DNA of 64,000 bases from an archaeon (lineage in GTDB: Archaea; Aenigmatarchaeota; Aenigmatarchaeia; GW2011-AR5), in assembly GCA_028279825.1 (NCBI GenBank), contig JANQNA010000008.1:35173-99172 (forward strand), given 5' to 3'. The notes under the pieces were generated by a model, which saw only the letters and a list, made by a program, of their open reading frames with translations, was not told the origin of the DNA and did no database searches. Both the position numbers and the translations under genes were made by a program. Position 1 is the stretch's first letter, and each line of letters begins with the position of its first letter. Positions 1-10,754 of the stretch are shown here, one piece after another.

Positions 1-40
1 TTTTTTATTTTCCTATTGCTTTGAGTGAGAATGATTGTTT

Positions 41-1321
41 ATGAAATTGAAGAGGGATCTGACCCTTGCTGACCTTGTTTTCTACGGGGTAGGCATAATT
101 CTCGGTGCAGGTATATATGTTCTTATAGGTCATTCAGCAGGCATTGCGGGTAACGGAGTCTGGATGTCATTTATTATTGCAGCTGTCGTCGCTTCCTTTA
201 CAGGACTGAGCTATGCGGAACTTTCTTCAATGTACCCGAAGGATGCAGCAGAATTCACGTATGTAAAAACAGCTTTTAAGGACACTACAGCCGGATTTAT
301 CATGGGATGGCTGACATTCTTTACAACTGTCATAGCATGTGCCGTTGTCGCCCTTGGATTCGGTAATTACTTTTCAAGCCTGACAGGCCTAGGTGTTGTA
401 GCGTCTGCAGCCATGATTATCATAGTCTTTTCCATAATAAACTATATTGGCATAAAGGTGTCAGCCAGACTCAACATAATTCTTACATCTATCACCCTGC
501 TCGGCATGCTTATCGTTATACTGATAGGCATTCCGCATCTGGGAACTATAGACTATTTTGAAACACCTACAGGTATTGTCGGTATAATAGGGGCGGCAAC
601 ACTTGTTTTCTTTGCATATCTTGGATTTGATGAAATAGTCAACGTGTCCGAAGAAGTAAAAAATGCCCGGAAGATTGTACCAAGGGCTATAATTATCTCC
701 ATTATAATAACAACAGCTATCTACATTCTTGTTGCCATATCAGCCGTTAGTGTTGTACCGTGGCAGCAGCTTGGTGAATCCTCAACACCTCTGGCTTTGG
801 TGGCTGCAACAGGATTAGGACCTTCAGCAGAATACATTTTGTCGGTGTTTGCACTCTTTGCGACGGCCAGTACTATCCTGATATTTATTGTGGCCGGCTC
901 GCGCATGCTGTACGGCATGGCAGCAGCTAAAGTACTCCCGAAAGTCCTGATCAGGCTGCATAGAAAGAGAAACACGCCTTATATCTCCATAATAGTGATA
1001 GCGGCGGTTGCACTTACGTTTGTTGTAATGGGTGACCTCAAGGATATAGCGTTTCTTGTGGACTTTTCGGCTTTCCTGATCTTTGCGATGATGAATCTTT
1101 CATGCTTTGTTCTTCGTCTTACACAACCAAAGACAGAGAGATTATTCAAGGTCCCGGGAAACATCGGCAAGATACCAGTGCTTCCTCTGGTTGGATTTCT
1201 GGTATCAACTTACATGCTGCTGCAGTTTGAGATACAAACAGCATGGTACGCAGTGCTTGTTATCGTGGTCGGATATATTTTTGCTAAATACATGGAGTCA
1301 GAAAATAATCCAAAATTCTAA
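41..1321 (+). CDS. APC-family amino acid permease
   Basis: N-terminal LKRDL..GVGIILGAGIY, YAELSSMYP and FFAYLGF motifs; about 12 hydrophobic segments; ATG at 41. Confidence 0.9.
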   Translation: MKLKRDLTLADLVFYGVGIILGAGIYVLIGHSAGIAGNGVWMSFIIAAVVASFTGLSYAELSSMYPKDAAEFTYVKTAFKDTTAGFIMGWLTFFTTVIACAVVALGFGNYFSSLTGLGVVASAAMIIIVFSIINYIGIKVSARLNIILTSITLLGMLIVILIGIPHLGTIDYFETPTGIVGIIGAATLVFFAYLGFDEIVNVSEEVKNARKIVPRAIIISIIITTAIYILVAISAVSVVPWQQLGESSTPLALVAATGLGPSAEYILSVFALFATASTILIFIVAGSRMLYGMAAAKVLPKVLIRLHRKRNTPYISIIVIAAVALTFVVMGDLKDIAFLVDFSAFLIFAMMNLSCFVLRLTQPKTERLFKVPGNIGKIPVLPLVGFLVSTYMLLQFEIQTAWYAVLVIVVGYIFAKYMESENNPKF

Positions 1322-2448
1322 TTTTTCAGAAACATCTTGACAAGAATAGGCGCTGTTATTGTCGTCAGTATGATTGCGAATATTATTGACGTGTAGATCT
1401 GTGTTGTTATGACGCCTAACAACAGTATGATCTGTAATATAACTATGTTTTCGTCACCGCGAGGCATCATTGACAGTCCTATCAGCTTGACGTCTTCTCT
1501 TGAAGTGCCGAAGAGCTTGGATACAAAACCACAACCTATCAGTTTTCCAAGAATCGTGGCCACAAATATGGCTGCTATCAGCAGCGGATTCAGATTTGTA
1601 AATATCATTAATGTACCGATTGAAGCGTAAAACAATGGGAGAATGAATCCCTTTGATAATATCTCGACTTTCGGAATTATCACAGGTTCAGTGAAGTGGC
1701 TGTTGGCTACGGCCATACCAGCAAGGAATGATCCTGCTGCTATGCTCAATCCAAGGTTGTCTGTAACAAACGCTAAAATGAACAGGACGGCTACCGGCAG
1801 TGTAAACAGCATGTTTTCATCGCGAAATATGTTTATCCTGTCCAGTATTTTGCCCACAACCGAAGACCCTATTGTTAAAATGAACAGATAGAAACCAAGA
1901 CTTACCAGCAGTATGAAGAATATGCTGGAAAGGGATATTGCCGTGCTGATATACATATTGAACACGGACAATGCAAGTATGCCGACAACGTCATCTGCTA
2001 TGCTTATCGCTACAATCAGCTTGCCTATGTTTGTGTTGAACTTACCCGATCTCATTAACAGCAAGAATAGCGAGCCGTTACTTGTTGACAGTATTGCCGT
2101 GCCTATTGCTACGCCTATGAGAAAATCATTGAAGAAGACCATTCCTACGAGAAACCCCAAGAAAAAGGAAATCAGCCCGCCTGTTATGGCGAGAAAGCTT
2201 GCCTTGTATGTGTAGTGCTTTATATCCTCGAGCTTGACTTCCATACCTGCAATGAATAACAGGAATATTATCCCGAAAGTAAGGAAGCCTGTAAGAAAAT
2301 CTCCGAGAATAACCCAGCCCAGTATAGGACCGAGTATTATACCTGCTATTACCTCGCCTACAAGCGAAGCGATACCGAATTTCTCTGTTATACTTCCCAG
2401 AATCTTGGCGAAAAGGAGCAGTAATCCCATTGTAAGCAGAATTTCCAT
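1318..2448 (-). CDS. CPA2/Kef-type cation:proton antiporter
   Basis: VGEVIAGIILGP, LLFIAGME, ADDVVG and MPRG motifs; start reassigned to MEILLTMG at 2448. Confidence 0.85.
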   Translation of the reverse strand: MEILLTMGLLLLFAKILGSITEKFGIASLVGEVIAGIILGPILGWVILGDFLTGFLTFGIIFLLFIAGMEVKLEDIKHYTYKASFLAITGGLISFFLGFLVGMVFFNDFLIGVAIGTAILSTSNGSLFLLLMRSGKFNTNIGKLIVAISIADDVVGILALSVFNMYISTAISLSSIFFILLVSLGFYLFILTIGSSVVGKILDRINIFRDENMLFTLPVAVLFILAFVTDNLGLSIAAGSFLAGMAVANSHFTEPVIIPKVEILSKGFILPLFYASIGTLMIFTNLNPLLIAAIFVATILGKLIGCGFVSKLFGTSREDVKLIGLSMMPRGDENIVILQIILLLGVITTQIYTSIIFAIILTTITAPILVKMFLKN

Positions 2449-2523
2449 ATGTAACAATAGTAACCAGAATACAAATAAATGTCGCGACTGCGGTTTTAAG
2501 TATATTTTTGGTATATCGCACTC

Positions 2524-2892
2524 ATGCGACGCAGACCTGTTCCTACGGAGGACATACCCAATGATGAATTTCTTTTTGGAGTACCTCCTAATGCTGAATT
2601 TGGAAGGGCTGAAACTGTCAGGGATAAGAAATATTTTTTCAGACGGCAGGGAGGTCACTTTCTTGTTACATGGGAAGGTACGGATGGTTTGTTCACTGCC
2701 TACGTTCAGAGAAAAAAATCCTTTCTGGACGGGAAGTACAGCTGGAGGACAGGATTTCTGTACAGGGGAGAAGACAGCATATACGCATATGACCATTTCA
2801 GGGTGGGTTCATACATTTCTTCGCAATTAGGGTTAAACCTTGATTCATTAATAGTTGAGTACAGGAAAAAAATCAAGAAGCAACGTAAATGA
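2524..2892 (+). CDS. hypothetical protein
   Basis: 122-aa ORF with a TATA-like TTTTAAG about 25-30 nt upstream. Confidence 0.55.
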   Translation: MRRRPVPTEDIPNDEFLFGVPPNAEFGRAETVRDKKYFFRRQGGHFLVTWEGTDGLFTAYVQRKKSFLDGKYSWRTGFLYRGEDSIYAYDHFRVGSYISSQLGLNLDSLIVEYRKKIKKQRK

Positions 2893-2919
2893 CATCTTTA
2901 AATATGTATATTCACCGAT

Positions 2920-3294
2920 ATGTCTATGGACCGACATAGAGAGCCGCCTTCTGAGGTAGAAATATTTGGCGAGCATAAGTTCAGTGAAATAGAACTTGGT
3001 CTTTTGCAGATGCAGACGCTCTGGATACTGAGCAGTGATCCTACACATGGGTATGACCTGATGAAGAAACTGAATGATATAAAGAAGACGAAGATCACGC
3101 AGGGTACGCTTTATCCGACCTTACAGAGGCTGGAGGACAGGCAGCTTATAAGAAGCCACAGAGAGGGCAGGAAAACTGTATACTGCATAACGCAGAAAGG
3201 CAAAAAAGTCATGGACGAGTCATGCCTGGACTTTTCAAGGACGTTCTTCGGTATTTTCAAATCGTTCGTCTGCAACAAATGTACGGGGAATTGA
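2920..3294 (+). CDS. PadR-family transcriptional regulator with Cys-rich C-terminus
   Basis: HGYDL..GTLYPTLQRLE..RKTVYCITQKG PadR wHTH signature; first gene of the suf operon. Confidence 0.85.
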   Translation: MSMDRHREPPSEVEIFGEHKFSEIELGLLQMQTLWILSSDPTHGYDLMKKLNDIKKTKITQGTLYPTLQRLEDRQLIRSHREGRKTVYCITQKGKKVMDESCLDFSRTFFGIFKSFVCNKCTGN

Positions 3295-3295
3295 T

Positions 3296-4027
3296 ATGCT
3301 GGAAATAAGAGATTTGCATGTTGAAACAAACGGCAAAGAGATAATAAAAGGTCTTGATCTTGAGATAAAGAAAGGCGAGATACACGTGCTTATGGGTCCG
3401 AATGGATCGGGAAAAAGTACCTTGTCGTATGCATTAATGGGTCATCCGAAATACAAGATTACAAGGGGTGATGTTCTTTTTGAAGGTGAAAGTGTAAAGG
3501 ACCTGAGTCCTGATAAACGCTCAAAGCTTGGTATATTTCTTTCATTCCAGTATCCCATGGAAGTCCAGGGTGTCCAACTTTCAAATTTTATCAGACTGGC
3601 TACAGACAACAAAAACTTCCAGGAGTTCAGGGAAGATCTTAGCAACAATATGTCAATGCTGAAGATGGACAAGTCCTTCGGACAACGATATCTTAATGAC
3701 GGATTTTCCGGCGGTGAAAAGAAAAGAGGAGAAATTCTCCAGATGGCTATGCTTAAGCCTAAACTGGCCATACTGGATGAGACCGATTCCGGCCTGGATA
3801 TAGATGCACTGAAGACTGTGGCAGAAGGAATAAACACTGTCAACAAAAACGTGAATTCAGGTATACTCCTGATAACTCACTATCAGAGAATACTCAAGTT
3901 TGTGAAACCCGACTACGTTCACATAATCAGTGACGGGAAAATTGTCCAGACCGGTGGTGCAGATCTGGTGGACAAACTGGAAGAAGAAGGCTATGAGTGG
4001 GTGAGCAAGAATGGACATAAGAAGTGA
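3296..4027 (+). CDS. sufC: Fe-S cluster assembly ATPase SufC
   Basis: [32 protein letters not shown]. Confidence 0.95.
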   Translation: MLEIRDLHVETNGKEIIKGLDLEIKKGEIHVLMGPNGSGKSTLSYALMGHPKYKITRGDVLFEGESVKDLSPDKRSKLGIFLSFQYPMEVQGVQLSNFIRLATDNKNFQEFREDLSNNMSMLKMDKSFGQRYLNDGFSGGEKKRGEILQMAMLKPKLAILDETDSGLDIDALKTVAEGINTVNKNVNSGILLITHYQRILKFVKPDYVHIISDGKIVQTGGADLVDKLEEEGYEWVSKNGHKK

Positions 4028-5399
4028 TTATAAAGAGAAGTTTGGTTTTAACGTAAAGACAGATACTTTTCACGAGAAGAAAGGTTTATCGGAAAAAACA
4101 GTCAGGGAGATATCCGAGATAAAACAGGAACCTGAATGGATGACAAAGTACAGAACAGATGCGTTAAAGGTGTTTCTTAAGAAAAAAATGCCAAAGTGGG
4201 GAGCCAATCTTGAAAGCATTGATTTCGAGAAAATCATTTACTATCTAAGTGCTACAAAGAAGAAGGCAGCTACATGGGATGATGTACCTGCCGAAATCAA
4301 GAATACATTTGAGAAACTGGGAATACCGGAAGCCGAGAGAAAAATACTTGCCGGTGTCGAGGCTCAGTTTGATTCCGAGGTTGTTTACAGCAAGATACGG
4401 GAGGATTTAGAAAAACTGGGTGTTATATTCTGTTCCACCGATCAGGCACTGAAGGAACATCCCGAACTGTTCAAAAAATACTTTGGTACTGTTATACCGG
4501 CAGGGGACAACAAGTTTTCTGCACTCAACAGTGCTTTCTGGTCTGGCGGATCGTTTGTTTACGTGCCAAAAGGCGTTGAAGTTCCCATACCTCTGCAGGC
4601 TTACTTTAGAATAAATTCCAAAGATCTCGGCCAGTTTGAAAGAACACTTATCATAGCCGATGAAGGGAGTCGTGTACACTACATAGAGGGATGTACTGCG
4701 CCTATCTATTCATCGGACAGCCTTCATGCAGCTGTTGTTGAGGTGATTGCACTGCCTGGTGCACATGTTCGTTATACAACATTGCAGAACTGGTCAAATA
4801 ATGTTTACAATCTTGTCACGAAAAGGGCCCACGCACACAAAGATGCTATTGTTGAGTGGCTTGATGCAAACATTGGGAGTAAAATAACTATGAAATATCC
4901 AAGTGTTTATCTGCTTGGTGAGAATGCCAAAGCTGACATGATGTCTATAGCCTTTGCAGGTAAAGAGCAGTTACAGGACACAGGATCAAAGGCGGTACAC
5001 ATGGCAAAGAACACGAGCTCTTCCATAGTCAGCAAGTCCATCAGTAAAGACGGCGGCAGGACAATGTACAGAGGTCTTGTCAGAGTGAACAAGGGCTGCA
5101 AAGATTCAAAGTCAAACGTCCGGTGTGATGCTTTAATTCTGGATGAAAAATCCGCTTCCGATACCATTCCTTACATGGAGATAAACGAGAAGAAGGTTAA
5201 CATGGGGCATGAAGCAACCGTGGGCAAGATTGGCGAAGAGCAGCTCTTTTATCTACAGAGCCGTGGCCTAAGCGAGGCGGAAGCTGCTGCATTGATAGTG
5301 CGCGGTTTCTTTGACTGTTTCACAAAACAACTTCCACTGGAATATGCCGTAGAGTTTAATCGATTGATAGAAATGGAAATGGAAGGTAGTGTAGGATGA
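4011..5399 (+). CDS. sufB: Fe-S cluster assembly scaffold SufB
   Basis: [38 protein letters not shown]. Confidence 0.95.
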   Translation: MDIRSDYKEKFGFNVKTDTFHEKKGLSEKTVREISEIKQEPEWMTKYRTDALKVFLKKKMPKWGANLESIDFEKIIYYLSATKKKAATWDDVPAEIKNTFEKLGIPEAERKILAGVEAQFDSEVVYSKIREDLEKLGVIFCSTDQALKEHPELFKKYFGTVIPAGDNKFSALNSAFWSGGSFVYVPKGVEVPIPLQAYFRINSKDLGQFERTLIIADEGSRVHYIEGCTAPIYSSDSLHAAVVEVIALPGAHVRYTTLQNWSNNVYNLVTKRAHAHKDAIVEWLDANIGSKITMKYPSVYLLGENAKADMMSIAFAGKEQLQDTGSKAVHMAKNTSSSIVSKSISKDGGRTMYRGLVRVNKGCKDSKSNVRCDALILDEKSASDTIPYMEINEKKVNMGHEATVGKIGEEQLFYLQSRGLSEAEAAALIVRGFFDCFTKQLPLEYAVEFNRLIEMEMEGSVG

Positions 5400-6436
5400 T
5401 GTTGCCGCTTCTAAGCAAGATAAGAGAGGAATCTATGAACAAATTTCTAGGTATGAATCTGCCGCAAGAAAGAGAAGAGGACTGGAGATATACGACAATA
5501 GACAACATTGAATTTACAGCAGGCGACAGCGAGATAATGATGAGTGATGCACCCGAAGGCGTGATATTTACGGATATTCTTACTGCAATGAAAGAACATT
5601 CGTCTATGATCGAAAAACATATGAAAGTAAAAATAATGGACAAATTTTCTGCGTTCCACTACGCAAACCTTGTGAACGGCATATTCATCCACATTCCTGA
5701 CGAAAAGAGTGCTGAACTTTCCTCTGTAATAAACGGTGCTTCACACACAGTCATTGTTCTGGGAAAGAACTCAAAATTAAAATACACGGAGGAATATTCC
5801 GGCACAGGATTAACTGACGGTGTTGAGATCTTTGCCGGAGAAGACAGCGAGGTCAACCTTACCTCTGTACATAATTCAAAGAAAACATTTTCATTCAAAC
5901 ATGCTGCGCTTGAACGCTCTGCCAAACTTGACTGGACTGTTGCATCTGTTGGTGAATTCCACAGAACAAGGATGGATATTGATCTCTGCGGTGAAGCCGC
6001 ATCTTCAGATATCAAGTGTGCATTCAAGGGTAGAAATGAACAGCATAAGGATTTTCTTGTAACAACAAATCATATCGGGCGTGATACTCAAAGCAACGTG
6101 CTTGGAAAAGGTATTCTTGATGACAGATCAACATCAGTTTTTCGTGGCATGATAAACATAGCAAAAACAGCACAGAGAACCGATGCGTACCTGTCTTCAA
6201 ATACTCTGCTATTAAGTGAGGAGGCAAGGGCAAACAGCGTTCCAAGTCTTGTTATTGATACTGATGATGTTAAAGCAAAACATGGTGCAACTACGGGGCA
6301 GATAGATGAAGAACAACTCTTTTATCTACAGAGCCGTGGCCTCAGCGAGGCACAGGCCGAGGAATTCATAGTCCAGGGATTCTTTGAACCGATTGTAAAC
6401 GACAAACTAAGGGGTGTATTGAATGGAAGTACGTGA
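5396..6436 (+). CDS. sufD: Fe-S cluster assembly protein SufD
   Basis: [31 protein letters not shown]; follows sufB. Confidence 0.92.
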   Translation: MMLPLLSKIREESMNKFLGMNLPQEREEDWRYTTIDNIEFTAGDSEIMMSDAPEGVIFTDILTAMKEHSSMIEKHMKVKIMDKFSAFHYANLVNGIFIHIPDEKSAELSSVINGASHTVIVLGKNSKLKYTEEYSGTGLTDGVEIFAGEDSEVNLTSVHNSKKTFSFKHAALERSAKLDWTVASVGEFHRTRMDIDLCGEAASSDIKCAFKGRNEQHKDFLVTTNHIGRDTQSNVLGKGILDDRSTSVFRGMINIAKTAQRTDAYLSSNTLLLSEEARANSVPSLVIDTDDVKAKHGATTGQIDEEQLFYLQSRGLSEAQAEEFIVQGFFEPIVNDKLRGVLNGST

Positions 6437-7601
6437 TGATTTTCCCATTCTCAAGAGAAAGGTCAACGGTAAAACGCTTGTTTATCTGGACAATGCTGCT
6501 ACAACGCAAAAACCCAAACAGGTGATAGACAAAGTATCCGAGTACTACAAGGAGCACAATGCAAACATTCACAGAGGGATTCACAAGCTCAGTGAAGAGG
6601 CTACTAACGAGTTTGAAGAAACAAGAAAGAAAATAGCTAAGCTTATTGGCGCTAAAGAAGACGAGGTTGTGTTTACAAGAAGCACAACGGAGTCTCTGAA
6701 TACTTTAGCTTATTCATCGCTTCGTTCTCTTGGAGAGGGTGACGAGGTTGTACTTAGTGTTATGGAACACCACAGCAATATTGTTCCGTGGCAGATGCTG
6801 CAGGAAAAGGGTGTGAAGCTGAACTTCGTGGACATTAATCCTGACGGGACGCTAAAGATGGAACAGTTTGAAGAACTGATAAACAAGAATACAAAAATTG
6901 TTTCAATTGTTCATGCATCCAATGTACTTGGTACGATAAATCCTATTGCCGATATATCCAAAATTGCACATGATAATAATGCTATAATGATTGTAGACGG
7001 TGCACAAAGCGTGCCAAATATGAAAATAGACGTGAAGAAACTAGGCTGTGACTTTCTTGCATTTTCAGGGCATAAAATGCTTGGGCCAACGGGTGTGGGA
7101 ATACTCTACGGAAACAACTTTGACAACGTGGAACCGTTTCTGCGTGGCGGAGAAATGATCAGGGAAGTTTCGCTTCGCGAAGCTAAATGGAATGACATGC
7201 CCTGGAAGATGGAAGCGGGTACACCAAATATTGCAGGTGTTGCCGGGTTCGGTGAAGCTATTGCTTACCTGGAAAGAACTGGTTTATCAAAGATAAGGAA
7301 ACATGAAACAGAACTCGTAAAGTATGCAACGAAGAAGCTTGAGGATTTGGTTACAATATACGGCAATGCTGATAAAACAGGCGTGGTATCTTTTTCAATG
7401 AATGCCCATCCTCATGACGTTGCGTCACTGGTTGATTCAGAAGGTATAGCAATAAGATCGGGTCATATGTGCGCGCAGCCACTGATGGATCGACTGGAAG
7501 TCCCGGCTCTGTCCAGAGCCAGTTTCTATCTTTACAACACAAAAGAAGAGATAGACAAGCTTGTAACAGCTTTGGAAAAAGTCCAGAAGGTGTTTGAATG
7601 A
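6423..7601 (+). CDS. sufS: cysteine desulfurase SufS
   Basis: YLDNAATTQKP, SGHKMLGPTG (PLP lysine), RSGHMCAQP. Confidence 0.95.
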   Translation: MEVRDDFPILKRKVNGKTLVYLDNAATTQKPKQVIDKVSEYYKEHNANIHRGIHKLSEEATNEFEETRKKIAKLIGAKEDEVVFTRSTTESLNTLAYSSLRSLGEGDEVVLSVMEHHSNIVPWQMLQEKGVKLNFVDINPDGTLKMEQFEELINKNTKIVSIVHASNVLGTINPIADISKIAHDNNAIMIVDGAQSVPNMKIDVKKLGCDFLAFSGHKMLGPTGVGILYGNNFDNVEPFLRGGEMIREVSLREAKWNDMPWKMEAGTPNIAGVAGFGEAIAYLERTGLSKIRKHETELVKYATKKLEDLVTIYGNADKTGVVSFSMNAHPHDVASLVDSEGIAIRSGHMCAQPLMDRLEVPALSRASFYLYNTKEEIDKLVTALEKVQKVFE

Positions 7602-7921
7602 TTGAATTAAGAGGTCATCATGTAGCGTCTCTTGCTTATTATTTGTGTTATGGTCCGATGACTGGTAATGAATACCTTGATCATGCTAACGAAAAATTTG
7701 TTAGGTTACTCAGTGATAGCTCTACGGAAGTTAAAATTGTTGCAGGTCTTGACTTTGTTTGCGAGTCTGGTGGTACTTCATGTCCTAAAAAAACAAATAC
7801 ATGTTCGTATACACACGACGATGATTTTTGTATTGAAGAATATGGACTGACTGTTGGTAAAGTATATACCGTGGGAGAACTGGTAGAGATAGCTAAAGAA
7901 AACGGGGATGTGAGGTGCTGA
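7598..7921 (+). CDS. DUF1284-like putative metal-binding protein
   Basis: LRGHH start and D.VC...CP pattern resemble DUF1284; ATGA-coupled to sufS. Confidence 0.55.
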   Translation: MIELRGHHVASLAYYLCYGPMTGNEYLDHANEKFVRLLSDSSTEVKIVAGLDFVCESGGTSCPKKTNTCSYTHDDDFCIEEYGLTVGKVYTVGELVEIAKENGDVRC

Positions 7922-7923
7922 TT

Positions 7924-8340
7924 ATGGATATGTACGAAGAGGTAATACTTGAGCATTACAAAAATCCGCAGAACCACGGCAAGATCGATCAGCCATCAGC
8001 TGATCGTGAGGAGTATAATCCGCTATGCGGGGACAAAGTTAGAATACAGTTAATAATCAAAGACGATAAAATTGAGGACATCAGGTTCCAGGGCCGTGGC
8101 TGTGCTATCAGTACTGCTTCCACTTCGCTGCTTACGCAACATGTGAAAGGCAAAACACTGGCGGAAGTAAAAAAACTCGACAAGGATGACATAGTAAAGC
8201 TGCTTGGTGTTGATGTTAACCCTACCAGATTTAAGTGTGTTTTACTCGGGTTAAAGACACTGAAACTGGCGATATACCAGTACCTGATTGATCACAAAAA
8301 GCATGTAGAGGAGAAAGAATTCAAAGTGAGTGATGCGTAA
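7924..8340 (+). CDS. sufU: SufU/IscU-type scaffold or sulfur-transfer protein
   Basis: ILEHYKNPQN, NPLCGD, GCAISTAS, RFKC. Confidence 0.9.
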   Translation: MDMYEEVILEHYKNPQNHGKIDQPSADREEYNPLCGDKVRIQLIIKDDKIEDIRFQGRGCAISTASTSLLTQHVKGKTLAEVKKLDKDDIVKLLGVDVNPTRFKCVLLGLKTLKLAIYQYLIDHKKHVEEKEFKVSDA

Positions 8341-8612
8341 TGAAACCTGAACAACTTTCGAGTTTGCTGGAATCTTTAACAGGGAAGAAGGATAATAAAC
8401 CTCAGCTGAAGGCAATTGCACACTGGATGAGAAAGGTAAAGGAATCCAAGGGCGAGTACATCCATACGGAAGGGGAGCTGCCTATGCTCGAAAAACTGGT
8501 TCACCTGGGTCTCATAAAAATGAGCAAAGAAAGCCATAACATAGTCAATGTTGAACTTACCGGATCAGGAAAAGAACTTCATGACAGCCTAGCGCTAGCG
8601 GGAATCATTTGA
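8340..8612 (+). CDS. hypothetical protein (possible wHTH)
   Basis: Coupled to sufU; LEKLVHLGLI..VELTGSGK resembles a wHTH tail. Confidence 0.55.
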   Translation: MKPEQLSSLLESLTGKKDNKPQLKAIAHWMRKVKESKGEYIHTEGELPMLEKLVHLGLIKMSKESHNIVNVELTGSGKELHDSLALAGII

Positions 8613-8686
8613 GCATTGTGGGAAACCTTTAAAAGCAGAAGCAGACAATAGAGGTTAGTGATGAAGGAGCTAATTTTAGAGGGGAG

Positions 8687-8830
8687 ATGACGTTGACAAC
8701 TAGAGGAAAAGTATACACCTGTAAGAAATGTCTGAAAGAGATCCTTATTATGCTGGAAGGCAGGCATCCGGGCCCGCCTGCATGCTGTGGCAATACAATG
8801 ATGGAAATAAGATCTCCGTACAACAGATGA
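8687..8830 (+). CDS. desulforedoxin-like small iron-binding protein (47 aa)
   Basis: Read by hand: MTLTTRGKVYTCKKCLKEILIMLEGRHPGPPACCGNTMMEIRSPYNR; YxCxxC...CCG..M pattern; GAGGGGAG RBS; absent from ORF track. Confidence 0.75.
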   Translation: MTLTTRGKVYTCKKCLKEILIMLEGRHPGPPACCGNTMMEIRSPYNR

Positions 8831-8844
8831 TATACCTGATTTTT

Positions 8845-9228
8845 ATGAATATCAAATTATTTGGTCCTATTGTTAAAGGCAGGGGTGAAGCTAGTTCTGT
8901 TTTGAATTTTCCAACGCTTAATATGATTCCTGAAAAGAAGCCAGAGCTAAAAAACGGGGTCTATGGTGCAAAGGCAAAACTTAACGGCAAGAAATTTTTT
9001 GGAGTTTTGTACATAGGTAAACGGCCCACGTTTGATAACAGTGACATTTCCTGGGAAATTAACCTTTTTGGATATGAGAAAGGAGAAAAAGAAGAGTATA
9101 TAGAAGTGGAAATACTGTTTTTCATAAGACCCGATATGAAATTCTCATCTGTTGAGGAACTAAAACAGCAACAAAGCAAAGACAAGGAGTTTGCTATGAG
9201 CAAATTTGGTCATTCCAATCCCGAATAA
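8845..9228 (+). CDS. riboflavin kinase (bacterial RibF C-terminal type)
   Basis: G.IVKGRG..LNFPTLN, GVY, IGKRPTF, FIRPDMKF.S.EELK.Q..KD. Confidence 0.85.
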   Translation: MNIKLFGPIVKGRGEASSVLNFPTLNMIPEKKPELKNGVYGAKAKLNGKKFFGVLYIGKRPTFDNSDISWEINLFGYEKGEKEEYIEVEILFFIRPDMKFSSVEELKQQQSKDKEFAMSKFGHSNPE

Positions 9229-9260
9229 AGATTTAAATCTGTTTCTTATAATCCTAACCG

Positions 9261-10061
9261 ATGGGAAATAGAGTTGATGCTGCATTGGAGTCTGGTGCTG
9301 AATTGCGGGAAATGGAAGCATATCTTTCCGGAAAGGCACAGTTCTTTAGAGGACTACCCGCGTCTCCTGATTCACCCGTGACTCATGATATCGAAGAAAA
9401 AGCAAGGCAATACAGGTCTAGAGCCGCTAGAATCGGAAGTTTGTATCCTTCTAATTTTTCCCGGACAACGGTTAGAGGTATCACAAGAGATGCGACTTAT
9501 CTTCTTGGCCTGGGTAGGAAAATGTGGAACCTGTTTTTATTAAGACACGGTGAATATGATCCTGTTTCTGAGGGAAAACCGATGACTGGCAAAGGCAGAG
9601 ACCAGATACGTTCTGCTGCCAGCTACGTGAATCAGGTTTTGGACGGTTCAGATGCCTGCTTGGTTTCTTCACCATCTGACAGAACATTCGAAAGTTCCTG
9701 TATACTGGCTCAGGAAATGGGCATAGAAAGGGAAAGAATTTACCCCTCAACGATGCTGATTTATAAAATATACAAAGAATACTTCGGCCCGGAAGGAGTC
9801 TCAACATTTATTGATGTTATGAGAAGAAGAAGTGACAACCTTGTGTTAACAACACACAGCCCGGTTCTGGGAACGTTTCCTGCTCATTTTTTATCAGACA
9901 GATTCGGCACCACATCAGAAGACATGGAGAGGATAGGCTATGACCATGCCACTGGAAAGCTACACATTGGCTTTGGCCAGGGAATTCATATTGACATGAA
10001 GACGGGTGATTTCACGCTGTTTCCTCATAGCCAGCGTGCAGAAGAAGGTGTTTCTTCGTAA
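9261..10061 (+). CDS. histidine phosphatase family protein (SixA-like)
   Basis: LFLLRHGE, SSP..RT, LVLTTHSP. Confidence 0.7.
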   Translation: MGNRVDAALESGAELREMEAYLSGKAQFFRGLPASPDSPVTHDIEEKARQYRSRAARIGSLYPSNFSRTTVRGITRDATYLLGLGRKMWNLFLLRHGEYDPVSEGKPMTGKGRDQIRSAASYVNQVLDGSDACLVSSPSDRTFESSCILAQEMGIERERIYPSTMLIYKIYKEYFGPEGVSTFIDVMRRRSDNLVLTTHSPVLGTFPAHFLSDRFGTTSEDMERIGYDHATGKLHIGFGQGIHIDMKTGDFTLFPHSQRAEEGVSS

Positions 10062-10702
10062 CATTTGTCTCTATACTCACAGTTCCTGCACATCCATATC
10101 TTGTCGTGTTTTGCCCTTGACTCAGGATCAGGCAATGCATCCATTTTCAGGAGCTTGTGCAGAGCTTTGAAACGGTTTATCACCATCTCTGCTTCTTCAG
10201 GATTGTAATCTACCTTGAATACCTTGCTCTTCAGGTTCTTCTTGTCTATGTATAACAGCACACCGTCGTGTATGTTCATGATATGCATATAGAGCTGCAA
10301 CTGCATTGCGTTGTAGTCGGCTGGTTTGTTAACGAAATCAACACTGCCAGTTGACTTAACCTCCATGAGAATGTTTTTTCCGCTTGCCTTCACGAGTATA
10401 ATATTATCTACCCTGCCAGATATGACAAAATCATCGACCTCTTTCTTGAATGGTGCTTCCGCCGATACCAACATGATTTCAGGATTCTTGTCGCTGGACA
10501 AGATCTTGACGACAAGGTCGTGCATTATGTTGCCAACTTCGAATATCTTCAGTAAATCAGGCCCGACAGAACTTGGAAATTTGTAGGAATACCATACCTT
10601 TCTCATGCATGTGCCTATTTCCGAAGGATAGTATTTGCCTATTGTTTTCGGATAAGATTCCCTGCGCAAATAATTGTCAACCATCTCGTTAAAATCAATC
10701 AT
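10025..10702 (-). CDS. solo Cas4-like PD-(D/E)xK nuclease with 4-Cys Fe-S staple
   Basis: YYPSEIGTCMRK, GRVD..EVKS, QLQLY, CRNCEYRDKC; no CRISPR array or other cas genes nearby. Confidence 0.85.
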   Translation of the reverse strand: MIDFNEMVDNYLRRESYPKTIGKYYPSEIGTCMRKVWYSYKFPSSVGPDLLKIFEVGNIMHDLVVKILSSDKNPEIMLVSAEAPFKKEVDDFVISGRVDNIILVKASGKNILMEVKSTGSVDFVNKPADYNAMQLQLYMHIMNIHDGVLLYIDKKNLKSKVFKVDYNPEEAEMVINRFKALHKLLKMDALPDPESRAKHDKIWMCRNCEYRDKCYEETPSSARWL

Positions 10703-10754
10703 AACAAATCTATGACTATAATTCATTTAAATCTGAGACAACACAAGTAAAATT

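Noticed and set aside
2234-2830. 198-aa ORF and the 492-aa extended antiporter start
   Set aside because: Antisense shadow of the antiporter; the real start is better placed at 2448 with a separate gene at 2524.
8728-8844. N-terminal extension of riboflavin kinase
   Set aside because: Overlaps the desulforedoxin-like ORF in another frame; kinase homology begins at 8845.
10025-10702. CRISPR-Cas locus around the Cas4-like gene
   Set aside because: No repeat-spacer array or other cas genes seen in the window; solo Cas4 genes are common in archaea.
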